Assembly: GCA_025201805.1 (NCBI GenBank)
Contig: MU619276.1
Span: 141,369-205,368, forward strand
Direction of reading: 5' to 3'
Source: Parasitella parasitica NRRL 2501
Taxonomy: Eukaryota; Fungi; Mucoromycota
DNA: 64,000 nt
The notes below the pieces were generated by a model. It made no database searches. It was not told the DNA's origin and saw only the letters and a list, made by a program, of their open reading frames with translations. The position numbers and the translations under genes were made by a program. Of the stretch, positions 62,344-64,000 are shown in pieces; position 1 is the first letter of the stretch, and every line of letters begins with the position of its first letter.

Positions 62344-64000
62344 CTAAAACGGCGAAAATGTGGTGAAAAATTGCGGGTCAGAAAGAATGTCAAAGGGCAC
62401 TGGACCTTCGTCTTTGTGTTCGAGTGGTATAGACGGCGATTGTTTTGGCGTGAGGTAAGATGCTGGTGAGCATGTCGCGGAGAGGTCAACACTATCGAAA
62501 AAATCAAACCAGGGAGGCAAATCCTGTTGAGTTAAAGATGATGACGATGATGCATTTGAAACAAGAGTCTGCTCTTGCTGTGATTGTTGTTCGTCCATGA
62601 TGACAGGAAATATGCTGCTAATATCAAATCTTTGCTGTTCAGCGTAAAAGTCGTTGATCAGCATGTTGTTATTATCTGGAGCGGTTAATATGCTAGAGGA
62701 TGGAGAAGCCAGTAAGCCCTGATTGTCTTCTTCGTTGTCTGCGACATAGGGGCGTTTGTTGTTGTTGTTGTTCTTTGACGACCAGTTTGACGTAGGAGAC
62801 AAGGACGCAGAATTCGATGGCGAGGGATACCCATAGTCAAATACAATATTGCAGTCTCTCACTAGAAATTGCTGCAGTACGCTTTCCAAGACAGGGCGAG
62901 GAAGCAAGCTACAGTGGGCCTCCTTGAACAGAGACATGCCCTTGGAGAGATTAATCATATCGAGTTCATTGTTGTCTTTACTGCTAAGCATAGTATTGTC
63001 GAGGTGAATAGAAGTAGCCAGAGTCAACGAGAGGGGAAATAGACAGTGTAGGTACTTTGCTTGGCCCTGTTCCAGCATTTGCTCGGAAATGCGAATGATA
63101 GTGGCTGCAGACGTTGTGCAAATGCTGCTGCTTAGACTTTGCATTTCATGTTGGATCGTTCTGTTTAGCATAATTTGGACAGTGTAATACAATATGCGGT
63201 ACATTCTTGCAATAGGAGAAGGTGAAACATGCTGGTTTAGTTTTCCATAGTCAAGATAGGAAGGCAGCTGCAATAGCCAGCCATTCAAATCCGACTGAGA
63301 GGCTATGCCCTCGCCAATGTCGCTCACAATGTAAGCAAGTCGGATCATCTCTCTGAACGAGTTAATTTGGAGAGCATATTCGACAGATGTGTATGCCAAC
63401 TGTTGCTGGTGTTGGTAGCGAGACGGATAGGAAAGGGCAAACAGCTGGTTATCTTCTAGCTGAGGATACTGGACGTGCTGCTGCTTGCTGATAAATGCGT
63501 TTCCGCCAGTACTGCCTGCCAGCCAGCGATCAATGACAAAAGAAACCCAGTAGGCACGTCTTTTCATCTCGGTCTGATGCATATCTTGCTTGTCGTTGGG
63601 TGACTCGTAGTCCAATTTCAGTTGATGAACAAGAACAGACAGACGGTGACGAAGCGCATAGCATTTATGCAAATCGCCTCGCAAGTATGTATACCAGCAC
63701 ATGATGACTGTAGCCTAAAAATGAAGCGAAATTAATATCACCCGAAACACGTGGGGGAGTGTTGGCATTTTTCGTACCTGCACTGTGGACAGATCAGTCG
63801 TTGTCATATCATCATGAGACGCGTTGATGGACAGAGCATCGAATTGCTGATTCAAGGCCTTTTCTTGACCGACGTCCTGGATGCTGTTGTTCAGACGACA
63901 TCCTAAAAGGAAAACGGCCAGTTTCAGCATAGGATTCAGCTCTTCGTTTTCAAGTTGAAAATGAAACTGAGGTCTTGATAGAATGGGGAAAATAAAGTTG
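62344..64000 (-). CDS. Fungal-specific transcription factor (Fungal_trans/middle-homology domain), 5' end beyond the window
   Basis: STVQATVIMCWY, EMKRRAYWVSFVIDRW, LNGWLLQLPSYL; acidic low-complexity C-terminus. Confidence 0.8.

Overview
Intron-rich, AT-rich fungal genomic DNA. Short (~50-70 nt) GT-AG introns, the gene families and the TE types point to Mucorales (Mucor/Parasitella-like); this is inferred, not searched. About 26 protein-coding genes were reconstructed by hand: two F-box proteins, transportin-1, CsbD/Hmp1-like, RPL15, peroxisomal enoyl-CoA isomerase, a GPI Cys-rich protein, an atypical pepsin-like protein, DHX34-like helicase, RPL10, a coiled-coil protein, a bZIP factor, galactokinase, ALDH7, an RPEL protein, two SLC35 transporters, a Kelch-membrane protein, a BAHD transferase, RRP15, a C2H2 protein, a G-patch protein, an HSPA12-like ATPase, a Kin1/MARK kinase, CSN12/PCID2, a divergent H4-H3 pair and a partial fungal transcription factor. 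Two signals stand out. (1) The window opens on the 3' end of a Fanzor/TnpB-like RNA-guided nuclease ORF (CxxC...CxNxxC zinc finger, then the RuvC-III 'RD'), followed by a hairpin-rich region that is a candidate omegaRNA. (2) The gene at 37135-40368 fuses a secreted Kelch propeller to a two-TM domain with three DEG/ENaC/ASIC-like motifs in the correct order, a candidate fungal receptor-channel. A TE graveyard at 40.6-44 kb holds a 5'-truncated LINE with polyA and TSD, a Tc1 fragment, a tnp2-family transposase fragment and LTR-like relics. Splicing oddities include an intron-split ATG in H4, a 7-nt microexon and a GC-AG intron. Multi-exon coordinates are start-to-stop spans from manual splicing, and no database search was run.
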